Below are positions 25,227 through 32,000 of a stretch of DNA of 32,000 nt, one piece after another (within the stretch, counting starts at the first letter, position 1; each line of letters opens with the position of its first letter). The notes below the pieces were generated by a model. The model made no database searches and was not told where the DNA came from. It saw only the letters and a list, made by a program, of their open reading frames with translations. Location: the NCBI RefSeq assembly GCF_015840715.1, contig NZ_CP060397.1, positions 1,662,686 to 1,694,685 on the forward strand, in the 5' to 3' direction. The DNA comes from Synechococcus sp. CBW1004 (GTDB lineage Bacteria; Cyanobacteriota; Cyanobacteriia; PCC-6307; Cyanobiaceae). The position numbers and the translations under genes were made by a program.

Positions 25227-25992
25227 AAGGGCGGCGGCTTGCCCAGCGCAACTGGCACACCATGCCGCGCAGCAGAGCCACCTCCGGCGTGCGGATGCGA
25301 GCCCGTTGCAGCAGCGCCCGCAGCTTGGCCATGCGGGCCCGGGCGGTGTGGGGATGGAGGTAGCCCACCTCCAGCAGCAGGGCCTGGGCGTCGGTCAGCG
25401 CCGCCTCGAGTTCGCCGCGGGCACAGGGGTCCTCCTCGGATTCGCCCGCAGGCGGCACCCCAGCCGGCTGCGGGGCGGGCGCCGCAGGAGGCCGGCGCAG
25501 ACGGTGGAGCTCGTGCAGCACCAGCGCCACGGCATGCGAGAGGTTCAGGGAGGTGTAGGCCGGATCGGTGGACAGCGTCAGCAGCCTGCCGGCCTGCAGC
25601 AGCTCGTCGTTGCTCAGCCCCCGGTCCTCGCGGCCGAAGACCAGCGACGCCGCCGGCCCGTCGGTTCCCGGGGTCTCCATCCCTGGACCGCCCAGCAACC
25701 ACGGCAGGCAGGCCGAGGGCTCCTCCAGGGGTAGCGGCGGCCCCTCCAGCCGCCCGGTGCAGGCCACCACGCGGCGGCAGTCGGCCAACGCATCGGCCAG
25801 GCTGGCGAAGCGGCGGGCGTTCTCCAGCAGCGGCAGGCCATGCACGGCCATCCGCCGTGCCTCCGCATCGAGCGGATCGCAGCGGGGCGCCACCAGGCGC
25901 AGCTCCGTCAGGCCGAAATTGGCGCAGAGGCGGGCGACGCTGCCCACGTTCAACGGCCCGGACGGCTCCACCAGCACCAGATGCAGGCTCAT
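25204..25992 (-). CDS. SpoU/TrmH-family tRNA/rRNA 2'-O-methyltransferase (TrmJ/LasT-like)
   Basis: LVLVEPSGPLNVGSVARLCANFG, SLVFGREDRGLSNDEL and TSLNLSHAVALVLHEL are SPOUT motifs 1-3. Confidence 0.85.
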   Translation of the reverse strand: MSLHLVLVEPSGPLNVGSVARLCANFGLTELRLVAPRCDPLDAEARRMAVHGLPLLENARRFASLADALADCRRVVACTGRLEGPPLPLEEPSACLPWLLGGPGMETPGTDGPAASLVFGREDRGLSNDELLQAGRLLTLSTDPAYTSLNLSHAVALVLHELHRLRRPPAAPAPQPAGVPPAGESEEDPCARGELEAALTDAQALLLEVGYLHPHTARARMAKLRALLQRARIRTPEVALLRGMVCQLRWASRRPCADDARH

Positions 25993-26029
25993 CGGCAGGG
26001 GCGGCAGGCGGCGGAGGGCATGGGCCGGA

Positions 26030-26518
26030 TCAGTCCGGCAGGCTGTGCAGGAAGGCCAGAAGATCGGCCATCGCCTGCGGTTCAGGCTGGAAGCGGGGCA
26101 TCGGCGGCGTGCGGCCGCTCACCACCTGCTGGATCAGCTGGCGGTCGTTCTTGCGATGCACCACCCCGTGCAGATTCGGCCCCACCAGCCCCTGCGCGGC
26201 CAGGCCATGGCAGCCGGCGCAGTTGAGCCGGAACAGACGGCCGCCATCGCCGGCCGAGCCCTGCAACGCCAGCGTGGCGCGCGTATAGGGATCGCTGCGC
26301 CGCGCCGGCAGCCAGCCCACCAGCAACACCAGGGCCAGGGCCAGCAGGGCCACCAGCAGCAGGGCCCGCGCCAGGGTGAAGCGCCCGGACAGCCCGTCCC
26401 CGACCTCGGGGGCAGCGGCCTCCAGGGCGGGTGGGGGGACGGCGCTGGGGGAAGGGCCGGTCACGGTTGGTGGCGAGGGATCGCGGTCACGCTGTTCATC
26501 ATGGAAGAATGGCGCCAC
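26030..26518 (-). CDS. cytM: Cytochrome cM
   Basis: TM helix [18 protein letters not shown], then SDPY....[11 protein letters not shown] (CxxCH) ..[26 protein letters not shown], which is CytM-like. The listed 240-aa ORF (to 26752) would run antisense through petG. GTG 26518 or GTG 26464 are the plausible starts. Confidence 0.75.
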   Translation of the reverse strand: MAPFFHDEQRDRDPSPPTVTGPSPSAVPPPALEAAAPEVGDGLSGRFTLARALLLVALLALALVLLVGWLPARRSDPYTRATLALQGSAGDGGRLFRLNCAGCHGLAAQGLVGPNLHGVVHRKNDRQLIQQVVSGRTPPMPRFQPEPQAMADLLAFLHSLPD

Positions 26519-26540
26519 GAAACGAGCTCCCTGCCCTCCG

Positions 26541-26654
26541 ATGATCGAACCCCTCCTCTGCGGCATCGTGCTCGGACTGATTCCGGTGACCCTGGTGGGC
26601 CTGTTCGTCGCCGCCTGGAACCAGTACCGCCGTGGCAGCGCCCTGGGCGGCTGA
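26541..26654 (+). CDS. petG: Cytochrome b6f complex subunit 5 (PetG)
   Basis: ATG at 26541 gives the 37-aa [37 protein letters not shown], a near-canonical PetG. It is the C-terminal part of listed ORF 26376..26654. Confidence 0.92.
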   Translation: MIEPLLCGIVLGLIPVTLVGLFVAAWNQYRRGSALGG

Positions 26655-26660
26655 TCCGCC

Positions 26661-27311
26661 TCATACCGGTTCCAGCAGCACCACCGTGCTGCCGCCATAG
26701 CGCCGCTGATCCCGCAGTGTCCAGCCGGCCGGCGGCAGCGGCACCGCATCACTGGGGCACTCCCACACCAGGGTGCCTCCGGGCTGAATCCACCCTTCCC
26801 GCGCCACCGCCTCTGTGAGAGGTCCGTGCAGTCCCGCGGGCCAGGGCGGATCGCAGTAGATCAGATCGAACGGCCGCTCCTGTTCCCCACGATCCATTGG
26901 GCGCCCATCGCGCCCTGTCTGCCTCTCGAACGCGGGTAAACAGTCAGCCTCCCGGCGGCCGCCGACCCCGGAATCGGGCGCGCGACTGGCGAGCCACCGG
27001 CGCGCGTCTGCCTGGATCACCCGCACCCGTGGCGCAGGCGTGCCCATCCCGGCGGCCACCGCCTCCAGGTTGGCCCTGGCCACCGACGCCACACGCCGGT
27101 CACGCTCGATGGCCACCACCTCGGCGGCACCGCGCTGCAGGGCCTCACACGCCATCACACCACTGCCGCAGCACAGATCCAGCCAGCGACATGCCGGCAG
27201 TTCCGCCGCCAGCAGATTGAGCACGGCCTGACGCACCCGCGCCGCCGTGGGACGGGCCGTGTCCCCCGGCGGGCTCTGCAGCCGGCGACCGCCGCTGAGG
27301 CGCAGCGTCAC
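26661..27311 (-). CDS. rsmD: 16S rRNA (guanine-N2)-methyltransferase RsmD-like
   Basis: RPTAARVRQAVLNLL, SAM motif LDLCCGSGVMACEA, catalytic DLIYCDPPW. The listed ORF start (27428) overlaps hisH by 120 nt. GTG 27311 gives a GTGA start/stop overlap with the hisH stop 27308-27310. Confidence 0.8.
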   Translation of the reverse strand: MTLRLSGGRRLQSPPGDTARPTAARVRQAVLNLLAAELPACRWLDLCCGSGVMACEALQRGAAEVVAIERDRRVASVARANLEAVAAGMGTPAPRVRVIQADARRWLASRAPDSGVGGRREADCLPAFERQTGRDGRPMDRGEQERPFDLIYCDPPWPAGLHGPLTEAVAREGWIQPGGTLVWECPSDAVPLPPAGWTLRDQRRYGGSTVVLLEPV

Positions 27312-27949
27312 GGCTTGAGAAGCGTCTCGCGCTGCGCCAGCCATCCGAGCCAGCGGTGCAGCAGCGCCTCCCCCACCGGCCCCGATTTCTCGGGATGAAA
27401 CTGACAGGCGGCAATGGTTCCCTGCCACACCGCCGCCGTCACCGGCACGCCACCCCAGTCCACCCAGGCGGTGACGATCGCGGGATCCCGGGGATCGGCG
27501 GCATAGGAATGCACGAAGTAGACCCAGTCCTCCCGGTGATCCGCCGGCAGCAGGGGCGAGGGAGTGGCGGGCAGCAGCGGCGCCCAGCCCATGTGGGGAA
27601 TCGGGTGGTGCGGCACCTTCGGCAGCGCCCGCACACGGCCGGCCAGCAATCCCAGTCCGGTCTCCTGCCCCTCCTCACTGGCCTCGAACAGAAGCTGCAG
27701 CCCCAGGCAGATGCCGAGCAGCGGCCGGCCGGCGGCGCAGGAGGCGAGCACACCCTGATCCAGGCCACTGTCCCGCAGCCGCTGCATCGCCGGGTCAAAA
27801 GCCCCGACCCCCGGCAGCACCAGCGCCGCGCAGTCCTCCATCGCGGCGACGTCCGTGACCGGAAGCACCTCGGCACCGAGCCGCTCGAAGGCCCGCTGCA
27901 CCGAGTGCAGGTTGCCCATGCCGTAGTCGATCAGGCCGATGCGTCCCAT
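27308..27949 (-). CDS. hisH: Imidazole glycerol phosphate synthase, glutamine amidotransferase subunit
   Basis: IGLIDYGMGNLHSVQRAFERLG, PGVGAF, GICLGLQLLF (Cys nucleophile), FHPEKSG. Confidence 0.95.
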   Translation of the reverse strand: MGRIGLIDYGMGNLHSVQRAFERLGAEVLPVTDVAAMEDCAALVLPGVGAFDPAMQRLRDSGLDQGVLASCAAGRPLLGICLGLQLLFEASEEGQETGLGLLAGRVRALPKVPHHPIPHMGWAPLLPATPSPLLPADHREDWVYFVHSYAADPRDPAIVTAWVDWGGVPVTAAVWQGTIAACQFHPEKSGPVGEALLHRWLGWLAQRETLLKP

Positions 27950-27963
27950 GCTGTGGCGGTGGT

Positions 27964-28923
27964 TCAGGCTCCGGAGACAGGGCAGGCCTGCCGGTCACAG
28001 GAGCGGTCGAAGGCGGCGATGGAGGGCAGGTCCAGACCGTTGAGGTGATCGATGAACTGGTAAAGGCGGCCCACCTTGCGGCGATCCAGGCGCAGTTGCA
28101 GGCAGGGATAGAGCAGCCCGTTGTCGTCCACGCTCTCACCGCTGTGGATCGCCCCTTCGCTGAGCATGTCAGCGAAGTCGGAGTTGAGCTCGCTGAGGAT
28201 CTCCTCCGGAATCGGGGCATGCAGGAGCAGCTCCATCGGCTGCTCGTCCAGCCGGGCCGTGTGGAAGACGCGATAGAAGCGGCGGATCCGATCCACCGCC
28301 TCCTCGGCGCTGGTGGCCTCGATCATCAGCGCCATATCCTCCGGTGAAATCAGGGCGCGCTCCACCAGCTGCGCACTCACGCTCTGACGCCACTGCTCCC
28401 AGTAGGGATCACCGGGTGGCGCGAGCAGCACGAGCGGGATCGGCGGCGTCCGACCCGTCTGAATCAGGGTGAGGCACTCGAACAGCTCATCGAAGGTGCC
28501 GAAGCCGCCGGGCAACACGAGAAGCGCGTCGCTCTCCCGGAGAAAGAACAGCTTGCGGGTGAAGAAGTAGCGGAAGAACAGCAGCCGCCCCTCGCAGTCA
28601 CTCAGATAGGGATTGGTGTGCTGTTCGTAGGGCAGATCGATGTTGAGGCCAAAGCTGTGGCTGCAACCGGCGCCGCTGTTGGCGGCCTCCATCACCCCAC
28701 CACCCGCTCCCGTCATCACCTCGAAACCGGCTTCCACCGCCAGCTCGGCAGCTCTGGAAGCGAGTCCGTAACAGGGCTCATCCCGACCGGTGCGCGCCGA
28801 CCCGAAGATGCTGATCTTGCGGGACGCGCGCACGGGACGGAACACCTGCAGGGCCTCGCTCAGATCCGCGAGCGCACCACTGACCAGACGCCAGGCATCC
28901 AGCTCGCGCTCCTCGCGGGCCAC
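27964..28923 (-). CDS. LOG-family (TIGR00730-type) nucleotide nucleosidase-like protein with a ~130-aa C-terminal extension (PpnN-like)
   Basis: ISIFGSAR, MTGAGGGVMEAAN and PGGFGTFDELFE are the LOG signature motifs. The start is GTG 28923. Coding-like in-frame sequence continues upstream without a canonical start. Confidence 0.8.
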   Translation of the reverse strand: MAREERELDAWRLVSGALADLSEALQVFRPVRASRKISIFGSARTGRDEPCYGLASRAAELAVEAGFEVMTGAGGGVMEAANSGAGCSHSFGLNIDLPYEQHTNPYLSDCEGRLLFFRYFFTRKLFFLRESDALLVLPGGFGTFDELFECLTLIQTGRTPPIPLVLLAPPGDPYWEQWRQSVSAQLVERALISPEDMALMIEATSAEEAVDRIRRFYRVFHTARLDEQPMELLLHAPIPEEILSELNSDFADMLSEGAIHSGESVDDNGLLYPCLQLRLDRRKVGRLYQFIDHLNGLDLPSIAAFDRSCDRQACPVSGA

Positions 28924-29042
28924 GCGCAGCAGAGAAACGAGCGCCCGCTCGATGTGGCGACGCTGCGGGTGCCCCCGGAGTTCGTCAGCCAGGACATCCA
29001 GGGGCCTGCGGGCGCCGGTGGGGCCTGTGGAGGGGGCAGTGC

Positions 29043-29366
29043 TCAGAGGTACTTGGCGATCGTGCCGGAGAGGGTGGTCTTGGGAACGGCACCGACAACG
29101 GTGTCGACCTTCTGACCGTCCTTGAACAGCATCAGTGTGGGGATGCTTCGGATGCCGTACTGGCTGGCGACGTTGGGATTCTCATCGGTGTTCAGCTTGA
29201 ACACCTTGATGCGGCCCTCGAAGTCCTTGGCGATCTCATCGACGATCGGGGCCACCATGCGGCAGGGGCCGCACCAGGGTGCCCAGAAATCGACCAGCAC
29301 GGGCACGTCGCTCTTGAGCACGTCCTGGTCGAAGGAGGCGTCGGTGACAGCGGCGGCGCTGGACAT
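29043..29366 (-). CDS. trxA: Thioredoxin
   Basis: [15 protein letters not shown] active site. The 107-aa form starts at ATG 29366 ([12 protein letters not shown]..). The first 12 codons of the listed 119-aa ORF are probably 5' UTR, and a TAGATT -10-like box lies at 29393-29398. Confidence 0.93.
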   Translation of the reverse strand: MSSAAAVTDASFDQDVLKSDVPVLVDFWAPWCGPCRMVAPIVDEIAKDFEGRIKVFKLNTDENPNVASQYGIRSIPTLMLFKDGQKVDTVVGAVPKTTLSGTIAKYL

Positions 29367-29599
29367 GCGGGTCCGGAAGTGGAGTTTGGCGGAATCTAGC
29401 AACGGTTTTCGCCTTCACCACCGGCTGAGCGGAGGGTGTTGCAGGCCTTAAGGGGCCTGCCCTGAAGCCCCTCGAAGCTGCAGCGCAGGAGCGTCGGCAG
29501 CGAGGCCCCTCGGACCTCCGCAACAGGGAGGCCGCTCAGTGGGGAAGCGATCACCGGTGGCTGGGGATGGAGCGGCACACCGGGCGCCCCGGAACAAGA

Positions 29600-29665
29600 C
29601 AAAAAGCCCGGGATCTCCGGGCCGGAGGGTGTGAGGAGTGTGCGAGCCGTAGCCCCCACGGCCTG
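29600..29665 (-). ncRNA. yfr1: Yfr1 small regulatory RNA
   Basis: Minus strand reads GGCCGUGGGGGCUACGGCUCGC-ACACUCCUCACAC-CCUCCGGCCCGGAGAUCCCGGGCUUUUUG. That is a 5' hairpin (GCCGU/ACGGC), the conserved unpaired Yfr1 motif ACUCCUCACAC (29629-29639), and a terminator hairpin GCCCGG/CCGGGC plus U5 (29601-29622). The location between guaB and trxA matches the reported Yfr1 synteny in marine picocyanobacteria. Confidence 0.8.
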
Positions 29666-29870
29666 ACACTAGCTCCATCTCGGCATGAGGCGGGACCGTC
29701 TGGGAGTGAGACAGCCGCACCCGGCGAACCCGTGCGAGCACCCAGCGACAGGCCTTCTGCGCACTGGCATGTGAGCCGGACAGGCGCTGAGGATTCAGGT
29801 CCGCGGGGACACCCTCTGAGACAGCATGTGAGACCGGCGCAGCGGTGTGGGCCGGAAAGCCGCCCGGGGC

Positions 29871-31034
29871 CTATTTGCCCATGCCCAGCTGCTGGGCCTT
29901 CTGATACACCTTGCCCTCGGTGAGCAGGGAGGGAGCCACCACCACTTCGACCTGCTGCATCTCCTTGAGAGTGCGGGCGCCCAGGGTGCCCATCGAGGTG
30001 CGGATGCAGCCCAGCAGGTTCTGGGTGCCGTCGTCGAGGGAGGCGGGACCGCGCAGGATCTTCTCGAGACTGCCGGTGGTGCCCACCTTGATGCGCGTGC
30101 CGCGGGGCAGGACCGGGCTGGGGGTGGCCATGCCCCAGTGGAAGCCGCGGCCGGGGGCTTCGGCGGCGCGGGCGATCGGAGATCCGATCATCACGGCGTC
30201 GGCGCCACAGGCCAGGCACTTGCAGATGTCACCACCGGTGACGATGCCGCCATCGGCGATCACGGGCACGTACCGGCCACTCTCCTTCTGATAGTCGTCG
30301 CGGGCGGACGCGCAATCGGCCACCGAGGTGGCCTGGGGGATGCCGATGCCGAGCACGCCGCGGCTGGTGCAGGCGGCACCGGGGCCGATACCCACCATCA
30401 CGCCGGCAGCGCCGGCGCGCATCAGCTTCAGGGCCACGTCGTAGGTGACGCAGTTGCCGATGATCACCGGCACGCCGAAATCGCGACAGAGGGCTTCGAG
30501 ATCCAGGCTCTCCTGGCCTTCGGGACCGATGTGCTCGGTGCTCACCACCGTGGCCTGGACGAAGAACAGATCGGCGCCGGCCTCGGAGATCGCCTTGCCG
30601 AACTTCAGGGCGGCCACCGGCGTGGCGCTCACGGCCGCGATGCCGCCTCGCTCCTTGATCTCGGCGATGCGCCGGCGGATCAGGTCCTCGCGCACGGGCT
30701 GGCTGTAGAGCTCCTGCATCAGCGGCACGAACTCCTCCTTACCGACCGAGGCGATGCGGTCGAGCACGGGGTTGGGATCGTCGTAGCGGCACTGAACACC
30801 CTCAAGGTTCAGCACGCCGAGCGCTCCGAGCCTGGTGAGCTCCGCACACATGCCCACATCGACGACGCCATCCATGGCGCTGGCGATGATCGGAATCTCG
30901 CGCTGCACACCACCGAGGGTCCAGCTGCTGTCGGTGACCGAGGGATCCACGGTGCGACCGCCCGGCACCAGAGCGATCTCATCGATGCCGTAGGCCCGGC
31001 GGACGGTTCGGGATCGACCCAGCTGAAGATTCAC
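29871..31034 (-). CDS. guaB: IMP dehydrogenase family protein (short, CBS-less cyanobacterial GuaB type)
   Basis: 387 aa with GTG start. RRAYGIDEIALVPG, IIASAMDGV, catalytic loop GIGPGAACTSR, IADGGI..GGDICKCLACGADAVMIG. Confidence 0.85.
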   Translation of the reverse strand: MNLQLGRSRTVRRAYGIDEIALVPGGRTVDPSVTDSSWTLGGVQREIPIIASAMDGVVDVGMCAELTRLGALGVLNLEGVQCRYDDPNPVLDRIASVGKEEFVPLMQELYSQPVREDLIRRRIAEIKERGGIAAVSATPVAALKFGKAISEAGADLFFVQATVVSTEHIGPEGQESLDLEALCRDFGVPVIIGNCVTYDVALKLMRAGAAGVMVGIGPGAACTSRGVLGIGIPQATSVADCASARDDYQKESGRYVPVIADGGIVTGGDICKCLACGADAVMIGSPIARAAEAPGRGFHWGMATPSPVLPRGTRIKVGTTGSLEKILRGPASLDDGTQNLLGCIRTSMGTLGARTLKEMQQVEVVVAPSLLTEGKVYQKAQQLGMGK

Positions 31035-31114
31035 CGGAGCAACGTTCGCAGTCCGGCCAAGCTATCAACCGGGCTGAAGCGGCCCTCCACACCGCTGGGG
31101 CGGGGGGCGGCGGT

Positions 31115-31840
31115 TCAGTTGCGACCGCGGAAATCGAGCCAGCGCTTCTGAAGCTGGGCGATCACCTCCTGGCGGTCGCTGCTGCGCAGCAGGCGGGTGG
31201 CGCCGAACTGCAGAACGACGATCAGACCGGTGAGCTCCAGCAGGCCGGAGACCAGCGGGATGCCGTCGATGGTGCGAACGACCGTGGCATACACCTGCAG
31301 AGCCACAAGCACGGCCAGCACGATCGCGACACCCTTGAGAGGGCCACGGATCCGCTGCCACTGTCGATTCAGCTCGCCGGAGTTCCACCAGGTGTTGAAC
31401 CGCTCGACCAGCAGCTCCCACTCGCCACCGCCTCCGGTGCCGGGATCCTCCAGGGGCGGAACGGTGATCGTGGCCGCCACCCCGGCGGGCTGCTCGGGCT
31501 GCGGCGCCGGGGTCGGCTCCGCAGCATCCGCAACCCCCGAGGGCACGGTCTGCGCGGGAGCGGCGCTGAAGGCTGGCGCGGCCGCGACAGGCTCCGGTGG
31601 AGCGGCTGGGGCCTCCGGAGCCGCAACCGGTTCGGGAGCGGAGGGCAGCGGATCCCCGGAGACGGCCTCAACGGGGGCGGGCGTCTCGCTCGCCTCCGGG
31701 GGGGCCGGCACGGGCTCCGGGTTGAAGCCGGCGGGAGGCTGAACGGGACTCCCCAGGTTCCCGTCCTCGGGAGCCGTGCCGCCGCTGGTGGCTCCGGATT
31801 CGGGGGAGAAGGGGGTCTCGGCCATGATCTGGGCGGGCAC
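31115..31840 (-). CDS. CAAD-domain (CURT1-like) membrane protein with a long Pro/Ala/Glu-rich N-terminal region
   Basis: The C-terminal ~100 aa (WELLVERFNTWWNSGELNRQWQRIRGPLKGVAIVLAVLVALQVYATVV..LVSGLLELTGLIVVLQFGATRLL) has the two-TM hairpin layout of CAAD domains. The listed start is GTG 31840. ATG 31825 (MAETPFSPE..) is the likelier start. Confidence 0.7.
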   Translation of the reverse strand: MPAQIMAETPFSPESGATSGGTAPEDGNLGSPVQPPAGFNPEPVPAPPEASETPAPVEAVSGDPLPSAPEPVAAPEAPAAPPEPVAAAPAFSAAPAQTVPSGVADAAEPTPAPQPEQPAGVAATITVPPLEDPGTGGGGEWELLVERFNTWWNSGELNRQWQRIRGPLKGVAIVLAVLVALQVYATVVRTIDGIPLVSGLLELTGLIVVLQFGATRLLRSSDRQEVIAQLQKRWLDFRGRN

Positions 31841-31893
31841 TGGCGGGAGCTTACGGCCGTTTCCCGGGCCGGACCCGGCGGCGCGCCGAAGCG

Positions 31894-32000
31894 TCAGGCT
31901 TCGAGAGGCAACAGCGAGGGGCGGCTGCTCAGGGGCAGCAGCGGCAGACGCAGGGGGAATCGGTCCTCCCGCAGGCGAACCGCCAGCTCCTCCGCCAGCT
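31894..32000 (-). CDS. 3' end of an unidentified gene continuing beyond the window end
   Basis: The frame is open from base 31998 to TGA 31896-31894: ..LAEELAVRLREDRFPLRLPLLPLSSRPSLLPLEA*. It is not in the ORF track because it is edge-truncated. No motif recognised. Confidence 0.4.
   Translation of the reverse strand, partial: LAEELAVRLREDRFPLRLPLLPLSSRPSLLPLEA

Noticed and set aside
21333-26818. Long plus-strand ORFs 21333..22817, 22765..24261, 23925..25109, 25212..26288 and 25568..26818.
   Set aside because: Each lies antisense to a minus-strand gene with clear family motifs (chlI, secreted protein, beta-lactamase-like, SpoU-type, cytM). Their translations are Arg/Pro/Gly/Ala-rich and motif-free.
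27312-27428. N-terminal 39 codons of the listed rsmD ORF, overlapping hisH by 120 nt.
   Set aside because: The overlap region is Gly/Ala/Arg-rich and out of frame with a well-supported hisH 3' end. GTG 27311 gives a standard GTGA coupling and a normal RsmD N-terminus.
29367-29402. The first 12 codons ([12 protein letters not shown]) of the listed 119-aa trxA ORF.
   Set aside because: Thioredoxins of this type are about 105-110 aa. ATG 29366 gives [12 protein letters not shown].., and a TAGATT -10-like element lies inside the putative extension.
29551-31151. ORFs 29551..30219 (-, 222 aa) and 29847..31151 (+, 434 aa).
   Set aside because: The first is an out-of-frame Arg/Pro-rich read-through spanning Yfr1 and the guaB 3' end. 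The second is the antisense shadow of guaB.
1-32000. Search for tRNA/rRNA genes, CRISPR arrays, transposases or integrases, and toxin-antitoxin pairs, especially around the 17.3-20.5 kb scar.
   Set aside because: I found no T-loop (GGTTCGAATCC-like) cloverleaf candidates in intergenic regions. There are no regularly spaced direct repeats, no DDE or tyrosine-recombinase-like ORFs, and no small paired ORFs. The rearrangements appear to be recombination scars without a resident mobile element, though the visual scan may have missed degenerate remnants.

Overview
This is a high-GC (mid-60s % by hand counts) picocyanobacterial chromosome segment of Synechococcus/Cyanobium type. Markers are chlI, petG, cytM, hisH, trxA, a Yfr1 sRNA, a CAAD-domain protein and several HIP1 GCGATCGC palindromes. 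Almost all real genes are on the minus strand, and most long plus-strand ORFs in the track are Arg/Gly/Ala/Pro-rich antisense shadows. (i) 1-13987 is one uninterrupted minus-strand ORF of at least 4662 codons. It runs off the window start and is absent from the ORF track. It encodes a giant repeat protein with FG-GAP-like calcium loops, Asp-box beta-propeller modules, a LamG-like domain, RTX-like repeats and a Calx-beta-like domain. Its 5' part contains an AT-rich, beta-barrel-like segment. An atypical LuxR-type regulator lies directly upstream. This pair is my best candidate for an undescribed system. (ii) 16.8-21.4 kb is a scarred accessory patch. It holds a TVP38 gene with an in-frame TGA and a ruvC truncated at about codon 67, fused out of frame to a partial duplicate of an alpha/beta-hydrolase gene. 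It also holds a second ruvC-like relic, a roughly 500 bp gap with no convincing gene, a low-GC SDR gene, a Coq4-family gene and the full hydrolase. (iii) 21.4-32 kb is a conserved core block: chlI, a coupled secreted-protein/beta-lactamase-like pair, a SpoU-type methyltransferase, cytM/petG, rsmD, hisH, a LOG/PpnN-like gene, trxA, Yfr1, guaB and a CAAD protein. I found no tRNA, rRNA, CRISPR array, transposase or integrase. All homology calls come from motif reading only; no database search was possible.
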